A stretch of 64,000 bases of DNA from Trichoplax adhaerens (Eukaryota; Animalia; Placozoa): positions 1,230,452 to 1,294,451 of the forward strand of contig NW_002060952.1 in assembly GCF_000150275.1 (NCBI RefSeq), in the 5' to 3' direction. Position 1 is the stretch's first letter. Each line of letters begins with the position of its first letter. Below, in pieces: positions 36,780-49,494 of this stretch. Made by a program: the position numbers and the translations under genes. The notes under the pieces were generated by a model that had not been told where the DNA came from, did not search any database, and was given only the letters and a program-made list of their open reading frames with translations.

Positions 36780-38746
36780 TTTGTAATTCGCCTGCCTGGT
36801 AACGTAACGGAAATCAATAATTATGTTTAAATCTAAACACAAGAACTAACTGTTAACTTTATCTTGCCAGATACAATAAACAGCTCAGAACCCTCATTAT
36901 ACTGCTTGTAGTTGTAAAGACCGTCCTGGCTTCAAATATTCTCGATTTTGGCTCCCTCGTTTGCTGTCTCATATTCAGCTATCAATGGGTTACCGATTTT
37001 GGTCGTAAAAAATTGAGAGCGGTGTCCATATTCCTGCGGATTCGTTTGTTGCACCTTCTCCAACACTGCTATCAATGTTTTTGAAGGATTCATTCAATGC
37101 ATCGAATCTCATTCAGAAACTATTCAAAAGTTAACTGCAGTCTTGTAGTAATAATTATAATGAATCGATAACGAACTATTGTGAAATGGTACATTTTAAG
37201 CATCGACGCTCAACGGAATAAGAACAACCGAAAGGGCCCCATTCCCCTCGATTACGGGCTTATTTATTACCGACGTCTACAGTGCAGTCAATCGTTGCGA
37301 CTTTACATTATAGTCGTTATCAGTCGTGCATGAACTATGTATAATTTCCCATCATAGTATTGTAGTGGCGACTGTGTGAAACGCAATAATTCATCTAGCT
37401 TTTACGTGTTGCTGCACCTGAATGTGCACACTATTTCGATGATTGATTGGCCTGAGCCATCATTTACAAACGAGGTGAAAATATTGAAAAAACATCAGTT
37501 ACCCAAGTCTAGAATAACTGTTACGAAAAATCCTAACTGAATGAGTGTAAGGTTTCTTTCTAGCGAGACTATACAATTTTCACTTTGCAGCTGCTGCGGT
37601 AGGCAGAGCCTGCTGTGTCATCGGTATACAGTAGCTTGTATGAGTGGATTAGAAGCTTCCAGACAATGCACGCGATGTAATTCATTTTGTTTGGCAAAGG
37701 CAAGCTGGAGAATGCTGCTCCAAAATGAGACACTGTACACTGTACTACTGTAAGTACAAACAACCATTGCAACTGACGGCGGAGTCACTGATTATAATAT
37801 GCCATTAGTAATACTGTACTATTTTGGAGCATCAATATTCCATTTGTTTATAACTTCTGCTTAGTATAATAGCTCTTATCATAGTATAGTAAAATACAGG
37901 TGAGCCATTCAAAAATGTTTCCTTCAATCAATAGTAGTAAACGTCGATGAGTGGAAAGAGAGCATTGACATAGTATAGTATCGCTATTGAAGTCTCTTTT
38001 TTAGCGCAATTGACTGCGTACTGTCTGCTTGAAATTCAATCTATGCGAATAAAATGGCTGAATGCAATACTTGGCTAATGCAGTGTCTCAAAGACCTTTG
38101 GTATGTTGCAAATTTGATCATTTCTATTAATGGTAATGGACGCTGACCAGTGAATCCATGGGATATCATTTGCTTGATTGATTGCTAGAAGACTACTTTG
38201 TTGGCACGAGCTGTACTCTACGTCCGTGACAGAAGAAGCAGTGTACAGTACGATGGACGTATTCATTAAACCTATCCACTTGTACTAGCGTGAAAGATAA
38301 TAGCTAAAACAAGTTGGTGACTTTGAATGGCATATCAAGTCATGTTTAGCTCACTATACAACCGTTATGAAATATACATTAAGAAATGGCATTGAATGAA
38401 ATGAATTACTTTTGCTGTAAACTGGATTTAGCGCGTGATCGCTTAACAAGTATACCATTAAGTCAGTCATGAATAAATGAGAAGCAAACCTTGTGAGTAT
38501 GTTCGTCAGCATAAACAGTCACAACCAGAAACAGTAATAAGAAATCAACAATATTAATCCACAATCTCATTTCTTCAACGCAAGGTCTTGCAACGCCGGA
38601 ATCTCAGCACGATTACTCAACTGCTCCGATATGCTAAAGTGGTAAGCAAAAGCCAGAGATATTCAGCACCCACTCTTCAACACAAGCCTACGGTACTTTT
38701 TGCTTTTTGAGTAGGCAACAAAAAGCTTCCCTTGAAAACAACAAGA

Positions 38747-39190
38747 TACAGTACAGTACTGTACATACAGTAAGCTGTACAGTGTACAGTACTGTACCGC
38801 GGCGTGTCACTGCTGGACACTGCAATGGGTGAAATTTTCCAGCACACCCCTATCCTGTACAGTACTGTACATTACAATACTGTACTGTACAGTACACGAG
38901 TCTACCTGGTTTGCAAGCAGCAGTCTACAGTGTACAGTACTGCAAGACGTAAAAGAAAAGAAAGAAAACAATCACACTGGACTGACTGCCATAAATTACA
39001 ACGTGTCCATGTTTTTACAGTACATTCAGCACATGGTACTGTACGGTACAACAGGTACAGTACAGTACAGTACAGTACACAGTACTGTGAGTAGGTAACA
39101 AAATACTGTACCGTACTGTACGCCTTTGCATACAGTCTACTGTACTGTACTGTACATTGGACATACTGTACACTGTACACTGTACTGTAA
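38747..39190. repeat. Degenerate (ACAGT/ACTGT)n pentamer array
   Basis: Dense tacagtacagtac and tactgtactgtac runs in both orientations. This explains the YSTV/TVQ-rich spurious ORFs here. Confidence 0.85.
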
Positions 39191-39696
39191 AACGCTCCCT
39201 TTCCTATGGGCTTTGGAACAGGCGTCAATGCAGCCACGACAGCATACTGGATCATTTTCCATTTTGGAGTATATATGCATTAAAATAGAGGTCAAGAAAG
39301 TCCCTAACTTGAGTACAAAACAACTGGCGATGACTTCGTGCCGAGAAGCCCTACTCATTTTATCGGCATCAAATTCGTCTGTAATTTGTAACGAACTCAA
39401 ATATTCACAGTTTTATCAATCGCTTATCGCTTTTACTCTACCATGGGCTGCGCACTAGATGCACCAAGAATAAAATAAATAAATAAATTCAATCAATTTA
39501 ATTTACCAACACATGACTCTACAATATACCAGTATACAGTACACATGGACGGTTTGTACATGAAATACTTCTTTACAGCGTACTGTACATCTTTCAAACA
39601 TGAAATCGGTAACTTTTGCTCCTGCAAATCAGGGGCCAAGGGCAGCCTAGTCAAAATCCATCATTAAGAGCTAATCTAGTATTGCAGTGCACGCCG

Positions 39697-39965
39697 GATG
39701 ATGTGCAGTACAGTACAGTGTACAGTACTGTTACCTCTACAGTACATTAGAGTACTGTACACTGTAACCAGTTGTACTGTACTGTACTGAAGGTAAGACT
39801 CAAAGACACATACTGTACTGTACCGTACAGTACATGTACTGTAGAGTACTGGACAGGTAAAAATAACTACTGTTCTGTACTGTACTGTACTGGACTGTAC
39901 AGTGTACAGTGCTAACCAGAGTTGAATGGTTTCTCGTAGCTTCCATTGCACATACTGTACTGTAT
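39697..39965. repeat. Second degenerate (ACAGT/ACTGT)n array
   Basis: cagtacagtacagtgtacagtactg ... tgtactgtactgtactg ... ctgtacagtgtacagt. Confidence 0.85.
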
Positions 39966-42900
39966 GAGTCTCGTAACATGAGTCATCATTACTTTCATAT
40001 CACAATGCAATGTACTGTAGTGGAGCACAAAAGTACGCACTGTGTCAATGTGCATTGTGTAGAAAAAAAAACGACTGCATTGACCAGTCCTGTACAGTAT
40101 ACAGTGACGTTCAACGTTTACTGCAGTTGACTACTGAAGTGGAGTACTGTACCAAGCGTACAACCTCCCTTTTTCCCCACTGTCAAAGTACGGCAGTTGA
40201 CCGACTAGGATGGTGCGGTCCGTACTGGTACTAGTGCGTGATACGCATATAGCTTCGATGACTAGGCCATCGATCACTTACTTGTAACGTCCATCTTACC
40301 ATGAGGAAGTGTCTTGTTCGACTTGATTGAATTTTGGGCAAGCCTTGCTTCAATTGTAAGTAGAAGAGATTTGTGTACTATTTTATGACTTCTGCATATT
40401 ACAATTCCGATCGAGGTAGGATTATGAACTACTCTAGTCTATGATAATGATGGCGGCTACACCTTTTAATCCATTTTTCATAGCACGATTAATTCAATCC
40501 AACTTGTTCATCAGCGACTCTATTCTTTTACAAGCTATCGTACAGTAAATTACTTGAAATGGATACCCGTCCGCTGGTTTGTCAAATGTGCACATAGTTA
40601 TAGTGCGATAGTTTATCAAACGTTTGTAAAAAGTTCTCCCTGACCTTCAGTACACTAGCACGTGCTGTTTGAATCTGCAGCCAGTAAATGGATGATGGCC
40701 ATCAAGCAGCAGAATCTTACATATACTGTATATTAGAAGGGCCCCGTATAGTAAAATATTGCCACTATAACGGCACTACTGCATTGCTACAACGGCTACA
40801 TGGCTAGGTAAGAGCGTCTCGTTTGATCACACTTACTTGCACCGTTTCAACACATCATGACAGCAATGCCATGGAATTAGTTGCAGTACTGTACGAAGGA
40901 TTTGCGATCAACTTGTGGATAGCCTGTATCCATCATAGCTTCAACTTCAAGCGAGACTGCATAAGTTACAGCTACTGTATTGTCACGGCGTTCACCAACT
41001 TGTTACTTCTAGATTTTACACTTAACTACGTAAATTGGAGAATCTTCCCCTGTAATGGAGATAACGCCTGTTGTAAATGGCTTACTGTACACACTTTGTG
41101 TGTACTGTAGGTGGTATGCAGGTATTTCAAGTGTTTTATTTTATTCCTCAAATCCCTATCTGCTATACTATAATTGATGCACATGCATCTGACGGATTCG
41201 TTTCCTCCAATCAGATTTTTTTTAGTTTCTATTGCATGTCCCTAGAAATACCACTTACAGCATGACAGCTTTCAATCTTTCTTGCTAGATGATGATCACG
41301 TAGCAATAATTGAATGCATTTATCCAACTCGATATGTGCACTCTATCATAGTAGATAATCTACAAGTTCACCAGTACAATCACTGGTGCGGTACGATAGC
41401 CAAGCAGGAGTACACCTTCTAGAAACTTGGATCAACCATGATTCATGAGTACTGCATTGAACGCTTTCAGCTGAAATTGACTTGTTGGGCTGCGACGTAG
41501 GCCATTGATGAATAATTCAATCACTACCACTTGCCGCGGTACTGTAATTTGTAAGACATTACTATACACTACATAGATGCTAATGATGAATGCTGGGAAC
41601 CCCCTGGCTGACATCATCCACTAAAACTGCTCGCCTTCCTATTCTATACCTGTAGTAGACATTGTGAATGGATATTACCGTATTATGATGCGAGTATAAT
41701 GATGCCCTGGCACATAAGTGATTTAACCAGCTTAGCCCAAGCATTGAGAATTACAACACGAATCAAGTTTCTACATTTCTACTCAATACGTGATTTGAGA
41801 CGCACACTTGCTAAGCTCGTTATCCCTGCGCTGCTAAAGGTCACTAAATCGCTGTCTCCAGTGGCTCATTGAACTTGGTCTTGATTGCGCAGTCAACGCA
41901 CATTGCTGCTGTTGCTGTATAGTATACTATATGCTGTAGAAGTAGAAGCTAGCCTTTTTTTATTCAATGACTGTTCAAATTTGTATGCCATTCCAACAAC
42001 GATCTTAGCAACATGATTGACTGTAAAATGCAGACCGATAAAGTTCTATCTCAAACGACTGTAGTCACGAGTTCCAATACACTACTAAATCGTCTTGGAT
42101 AGTGTAGCCCTTGACGACGATGTCCGCCATACTTGCCCGCGAACTCCTCTACGACAGACCACTACTGGACGCGTATTGGCTACGGTACCAAGCATATCGG
42201 CGATAGATACTATCTGACAAGTCCCTGACGGTAGAGTACAGTACAGTACTGTAGTAGCGTCAATTGCATCAGACAGACGTAGAGATGGAAGTGTTGGTAT
42301 GGTCAGTCGGACAAAGTGTCAAGTGCTGTAGTGATACTGGACCGCGAACCGGACTGGTGCCAGATTATGAAAGTAAAATCTGCGCAGGTCGTCTGGTACA
42401 GCTCGTGCATTGTTGTGACGGTAAAGTGCACTGACCACAGTCATGAGATACTAGTTCTGTATAAAGCGCAGGTCAGCAAGGAAGCACCACACCTTTCTCC
42501 ATAGTTGTATTTCTGTTCGGCTGTGCATGGGGCAGAAACTTTTCTACCTCGCATTCTAGTTGGAACAGTTTTATTTTGATCGTGAAAAATCTCCGTGTTG
42601 CTTCACAGGGGTTTTACTATAGTTAGTCCAACTTGTGCTGTAATGGAAATCTTCGGTGATAGATAATCATAGAAAGTAAAAGGTACAAGGATGCTGTCGT
42701 AACGCTAAGTAGAAGGAGCGAGGGATCGACAGGATCGTCTTGTGGAGACGCCTACTGGATATGTAATGGCATGCTCAGATGATTGATTATCAATGTGTTC
42801 GACAAGATTGGACATGGAGTTCATGATAGTTGACTAACGGTGATAATCATCCAATAGATAGAAGTACTTTTAATATAGTCAATGGTGTGTTAGTTGATGA

Positions 42901-43876
42901 ACGATATTTCGATTTTTGTTCAGTTGTCTCGCATACGACAGCAATAGAATTACAGCATTGAAGTAATACTGTATATTGTAGTAGCTGATTGTAATGAGCT
43001 GGACTCAGTCCTTCGTCAAGAATGAATAAGAATAGACCTTGGAATGATCACCAAAGCAACAGTAATAGTGAAAAGAGAGAGACGGATTTTTCTCTGAACC
43101 TCTCAATAAACACTTTGTCTAGGTGCTGAGCTAGGAACCAAGTTCTACAATTCAGTTATTTGCTATAGAAACGATCCACGACCATGGATGGATAAATTGT
43201 TACTTCCAATATTTCATAGTATACAAGTCTATCGTTCAACTACTGATTCAGTGCTGTGCAAAATATTATTGTTTATTGTTTCGAATACTGTGGATTGCAC
43301 AACATTCCTCACGAGTAGTATGAGCGCTACTGATCAGAGTTGGTAAACAACTGTTCAATTGATATTGTCGACCTTGGATACAGCAGCATACGCATTCATT
43401 TTGCTCTTGTTGAAATAAGACAACGGGATTATGATTCCATGATACTAGTCTTGAACTGTTATTACAGTTATGATAGTTGCAAACTTTCAAAAAGAGTGAT
43501 ATCTTACTAATCGTAGCTTAACCCTATGCTAGAACATGAATTATCTCAAGTAGTCGAGTAAAATAGTGTACAATACTACATCTTATTTTCTCTGTCCCAA
43601 TTCGTAAATTAGTGTTCGTTAAAATTATGTAAACTAGATGATGTACACTCGTTTTTATCAACACATAACATACACATAGGCCTAAATGGTAAGAAATTAA
43701 TAAACTATCCATCAAAAACAATTTCCAATGTAGTATAGTCTTTAAGTAGATGCCTAAAGTAAAAAGGATAAATTGGATGACTGATCTATGCTATATTACT
43801 AGAAGTATATGTGGAACCCATTATTCATAATTTCAATCTTCAAATATAATTCCTTTTCCAGGTACAGAACTCAATC

Positions 43877-46696
43877 ATGGCTAGTGAAAATGACTCAGTA
43901 GATATCGACTCACTGGATAGCAAAGTAATTGGTACGGAATTTGTCCGCCGCTACTACACCATGCTACATGAGAATCCGAAAGAATTGTCCAAGTATGTGA
44001 CTTCTATTTCCGTAGCATCTTTTTTACGACAGAGTATTGAAAGATGATACATTTCCGACAATCTGATTTGTAGAATTAGGTTGTAAAGGACTCTCTCTGG
44101 GTCCAAATGATAGAATCGAATATTAAATAAATTATTACTGTCATAGGATACAATTGGTTATGGCCAATCGGCCATCATTGTAGACCATGTTCTATAAATT
44201 CTGTATTGTATCAGAATGTAAGTTATGATTTCCTTGTAGATTTTATGGTAAAGAATCAGTCTTTCTTCATGCTGATGATAAAGATGGATCCAGTGATAAT
44301 GCCGTTATTGGTCAAGAGGTAAATTAAAATAAATTACCTTTGATATATTTTTGAAAATTACGATCTAAAATAAAGGCGTAATTAAACAGAGCAACTTGCT
44401 TGTAAACTTTTTTTAGGCTAACATTATCCAGAAATTGTCTTGATTAAGCTATTATTAAATATTTAACTATTATATATTGTAGAGCATCGTCAAGAAGATA
44501 GAATCTCTTGAATTGAGTGATTGTTTTGCTAAAATCAAGCAGGTTGACTGCCAGTCGACAGTTGCTGATTGCATTTTGATCCAGGTAATGGGATTGTCAT
44601 TGATGCTAATAACTATGTAACGAACAGTATTTTGGGCACTTCAAAACTGAAATTGAAAGTTCAAATTTAATAATTAATCTTTTATTTCATCACAATAACA
44701 TAATGAATTGTTACCTATGTACGAAAAAGTATATATAGTGGTAAACTTAATATCTGGATGCTGATGGTGCAATGCTTGACGGAAACAATAATTCTTTTTC
44801 AGTAACTTATGAATTACGTTAAATTTACTATAATTTCAGGTTTCTGGAACCTTTACTCATACGAACAAGCCATGGCGCCCATTCGTACAAAGTATATTGT
44901 TGGAGCGAGAGGTAAACTACTACATTTAGTCCTTTATTCTATATATAGCGTCAAATTAGTTGTTTTAATTTCTTGATTACTTTACGCTATTTAACTGTAT
45001 ACTTCAAATGTTCTTAATATGTATTTGTTGTACGTAAATTAGTCACCAAACCTGTACTATGCCCGAAACGATATTTTTCGCTATCAGCCACCAAACGAAC
45101 CAGAAGGTGGAGATGACACGATCGACCTTGAGGATGGTAAATAGGCGTTCATGTAGCATAATTTCGTAGCTAAATTGAATGAAATTACATCAGTGATACA
45201 AAGTCACTTAAATTGTATTTAGCTGAAGAGCAGGAAGAAGCTGAAAGTGTTAAAGATACTTCCGAAAATGTTCCTACTGAACCAGCAAGTGATCAAACGA
45301 ACGATGATGAAGCAAGCACTAGGTTAACATTAATGCCGCAATTAAACTAACAGAAATTTATTTATTGTACTTTTTATGATATTCATTAATTGACTATATT
45401 CCAGTAATGAAGATCAACTGCAAAATTCAGAAAAGCCTTCCCCTGCTGCTAAAAGAGTAAGCTACTTTTTTAACAATTCTTACACTTAGAGAATTAATTT
45501 TATTAAAATTTCTTCTTAATTGTGACAAAGAATGCAGCTGATGAGCAAAAATCGGAATCCCTTTCAAATCAGCAGGATAGCTCCAATCAAGTCTCTGATG
45601 TTCAAGAACAGGATGACTCAAAGGCCGACGGAAATAATGAATCGGCGAAAAAGGATGCTGGTAAGATACCTATCTTTCATTTTCTACTTTTTCGTATTAC
45701 GATCTGGCTGAATTATCAATATCTTGCTTATATTGTTATTAAAGGTGTTCGTACGTGGGCAGCCTTGGCCGGTAAATCGCCTGATGTTCCTATCAATACA
45801 GAAGCTGCACCGAAAAAAGTGATTCGCGTAAGTTGTATTATCGAATCAATAATGCAAAATATATACACAAATGTTTGATTAAAGAGATATTGTAACGAAT
45901 TGGTGAATTCTGTTACCTGCGTGCATTAATTTACCTTACTGTTTGATAAAACAGAAACCGGTTGAAAACTCAGGAAAAAGCTCGCGTTCCAATCAGCATC
46001 ATAAAGAGGACGGCCAATCGCAACGTTCCAACAATTTCCGAAATTCATCGCAACGCGATGGGCAGCAAACCGATTATCAAATCTTTATCGGAGGATTAAC
46101 TCCCGAGATCAGTGAGAAAGAATTGCGAAATGAATTTTCAGGTATAAGATATGAATTCTTTCTGACGGAGTATAATGATTTCGATAATAACAGCGTATCT
46201 TTTAAAATAGTATTTGGCGAGGTCAAGCACATCAAAACTAATACATCAAAGGTTAGGAAATTAGGATTAACAATCGGATTGCATTTGAAGAAAAATGATT
46301 ATTTCTGAATAATTAAAGTAATTTTGCGTTAACAGGGCTTCGGATTTGTTAGTTTTGAGAACGAAGAAAGCGTTAAGAGGGCTCTAACTACTGAGCTGGT
46401 ACGCGAATTCTAAATTAGTTGTCTTTATAAAGCAAATATTATTTAATCTCTTATTTAATCTCTGTAAGTCATGTTTGATGAATGGCATGCTTTTGTACTG
46501 CATCCAATATCTATAGAAAATTTTTGTCGGTAAAACGCAAATAAATATTGAAGAGAAAAAGAGCTCAAACGTTCGCCATGACAATCGCAGAGGCAGAGAT
46601 GGAGGACGTCATTCTGGATTTCATAATAGGCAGAACAGATCCGGCGGCTATCGTAGCGGCGAAAGAGGCAGCGGAAGACGTCAGGACAGAAACTAA
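43877..46696 (+). CDS. G3BP: G3BP / Rasputin stress-granule nucleator (NTF2-like domain, acidic region, RRM, RG-rich tail), about 13 coding exons
   Basis: ATG at 43877: MASEND...IGTEFVRRYYTMLHENPKELSK|FYGKESVF (44240-44318), IKQVDCQST, YYARNDIFRYQ, an acidic linker, TWAALAGK, RRM (QIFIGGL; KGFGFVSFE; INIEEKK) and an RG-rich tail ending TAA at 46694-46696. The acceptor ttttccag at 43861 implies an upstream non-coding exon. Confidence 0.92.
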
Positions 46697-48654
46697 GAAG
46701 CTGTTCTTGTTATCCTTGAGCTACTGATACCGTAGGCGCTAATGATGTGATTTTTTAGTCTATTAGTTAGTAGATTACTGATGCTGATAACATTACGGAA
46801 CGAATGTAGTTTAATATGTGGTTTTATAACTTACTGTAATATTGTTGATATCGCTTTAGCTTTACTGTTTACAACTGTACTGTAAACCGTAAAAAACTGC
46901 TTGACGTAGAACATTAGCACAATTCACTGGTAGCTCTCATCTCTTTAACTTCAACTACATTCTCTACGCAATATTTTTTAGATAAGTTTTTTGCCCGTAA
47001 AAAGTTATTGTAATTTTGATAGCATCCATTTATTTGTGTCTAGTATTATTGTGTTATGATAGCGAAACAGCCCACATTTATATAGTAATACTTTTACGCT
47101 AGAATTGCATGCAGGTCTGATGTTCTTTATTGCATACCAAATATTTAGCGTATCCGTCTCGCTTAATAGGAACTAACTACTTTGTACTTTGTAATACTAC
47201 TATTTGTAATGAACGATACTGTAATTTGTTATCATTTACATGTAAGTGAATTGGAAACAAATTCTATTCTTGTGGCCACAACCATGTAAATTAGAGATGT
47301 TTTCTTTACTTCTTTTTTGTACGAAGCTATGTATCGGATAGGAAGATGGATGATGTCGAAACAATGTATTCATGGTTAACCAATTAATATTAAGAATGGA
47401 GTGGCGATTAAAAATAACGTACTGTATGATAAAGGTGCCAACCATGATAACCAACTACCGTTAGTTAAAAAGGGAATAGAACGCTTTGCGTTGTTTAATT
47501 CAATTGTTGTTGTATGGTGGAAATGTCAATGCCATTATTAAACAAATTAAAGAATACGGTTCAAGAAATGCGTGTTGGCATATCTATTGTTTCGTTGACT
47601 ACTTTGCAGATCAAGATGTATCATTTAAATTTATTACTGCATAACATTGTACCGCGTTATCCAAACTTGTGCAGCTAAGATAGTAACAAAATGAATATTA
47701 CAATAAACAACCGAGTACTCTTTTTATGAATTCTCTTGTCTCTTGTTACCCCTTTTTGTATACTGTATTATTATGCCACATCAAGCAGCGATCATGATTA
47801 TTGCTAAAAGTTCCCAAAAATATACTCGCAGGTCAATTATCTGTAATAAGCCAATGAATTCATGGTCACGATAACAACAGTGCCGTACTAGCCGTCGCTA
47901 AGTTAATGTCTATGTGATTCCTATGGATTGTTTTTAATTACATTATTGTCAATCTTGCTAGAACTAGTTATCTAATCGCATGGTAAGTGGTAAGGCGGTA
48001 GTAGAACTTGAGGTGTATTTCCATCTTCCCCGAGATAGTAACTCTTGATGATTACTTAGTCGTATGATATGTACGTTATTGGACTGACGTTAATTCATCT
48101 TCTGAGTCAATAGTCACAGAAGATTGATACGGTAGTACTTTTATTACAAGTACAGCAGTGATATTGCTTTTAAGGAATATTTTATATAAAGTATATGTAG
48201 CATAACTAGAAAGATAAAAATTTTAGTTATTCAGGTATTGGTATCGTTATCCTTTACTTTAAAAATATCATGCGAGAAATGACAATCGGTAGCATGGACT
48301 TAAGAAAATATTAATCATTTCAATAAGCATAGAAATGACAGTAAATCAAAAATTTGGTGATTTTGCAATAGTTATTTATTTCCATAGGCTATTACATTAT
48401 TTATCCCTGTTAAAAATTGCAAACATCAGCACACACTAAAGATAATTTTCAGATTATAGTTGTCGGATAAGTACAAAACTGTGATATAATAACAATTAAA
48501 CGTCAAGCCGCTATCCATGATAATGGCCCATGAGCTAAAACCTCTTGACATGAAACATTGGTTTAGAATTTTAAATGCAGAAATCAATGCACAAATTAAT
48601 ATAACTTATTATCAAGTTAAATTACTAGCGCATACACAAATAGAATTAATAAAT

Positions 48655-48973
48655 ATAGGCAATCATCGAATCTACAATAATTCTCTCTCTATTTAAAAAG
48701 CCAGCTTAGAGGGTAGAGGGATCAAAACGAGCATAATACCGTACATTGTACAAGTGTACACACATACCAATAGGCAATCATCGAATCTACAGCAATTCTC
48801 TCTATTTAAAAAGCCAACTTAGAGGGCGAAGGGATCAAAACGAGCACAATACTGTACAAAAGTGCATACCAATAGGAAATCATCGAATCTACAATTCTCT
48901 CTTTTTAAAAAGCCAACTTAAAGGGTGAAGGGATAAAAAAAAACATAATACTGTACAAGTGTACATACCAATA
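48655..48973. repeat. Three tandem ~102-115 bp units between the convergent G3BP and SLC6 3' ends
   Basis: atagg.aatcatcgaatctaca...ttctctct..ttaaaa.gcca.ctta.aggg...gggat.aaaa...a.aatac.gtaca...catacca begins at 48655, 48770 and 48872. Confidence 0.92.
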
Positions 48974-49494
48974 ATTACAGTGCTAATCTTAACTTGAGAG
49001 TGCTTTAGATCTTTAAGTTAATTATAATCGAAGCCGCTACATTTATCAATAATCCTTATATTATAATAGTGAAAGTTTAGATCATGATTGATTATTATCA
49101 CTGATGCCGAGCGATAGATGCCCAGATAATAATATCATCGTTTACTTCCATCACTAATATCAAATACTTTTAGATCGTCATGATCAAGTCATCATCATAA
49201 ACAGCAAATGGTATTGTGTTAACCTAATCGAAATTAATCCTAATATAGGCAATAATGACAGCAATTAATAAAGCACTGTCAATTTTGATAAAATTAGTAC
49301 ACTTGGTAATAACGCTAACATTAACACCATCATATGCACATAAGGAAGCATATATATAATTAATAGGCATACAGGATACAAGATTATTTGGTATTAGTGT
49401 CCGTGCTCAGATATAAATCTATCAACTCGAAATTTAGATCTCTATTTATATAAAAAATGCTAAAATAGACGTGGGTTTAATATCAAATCAGATT

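Noticed and set aside
38804-40234. Overlapping ORFs rich in Y/S/T/V/Q/C on both strands
   Set aside because: They are translations of the stop-poor ACAGT/ACTGT microsatellite with no domain signature.
41576-41616. Box C (atgatga) and box D (ctga) with a gatg/catc stem; snoRNA- or SECIS-like
   Set aside because: Only about 18 nt separate the boxes, too short for a C/D snoRNA, and the stem is too short for a SECIS.
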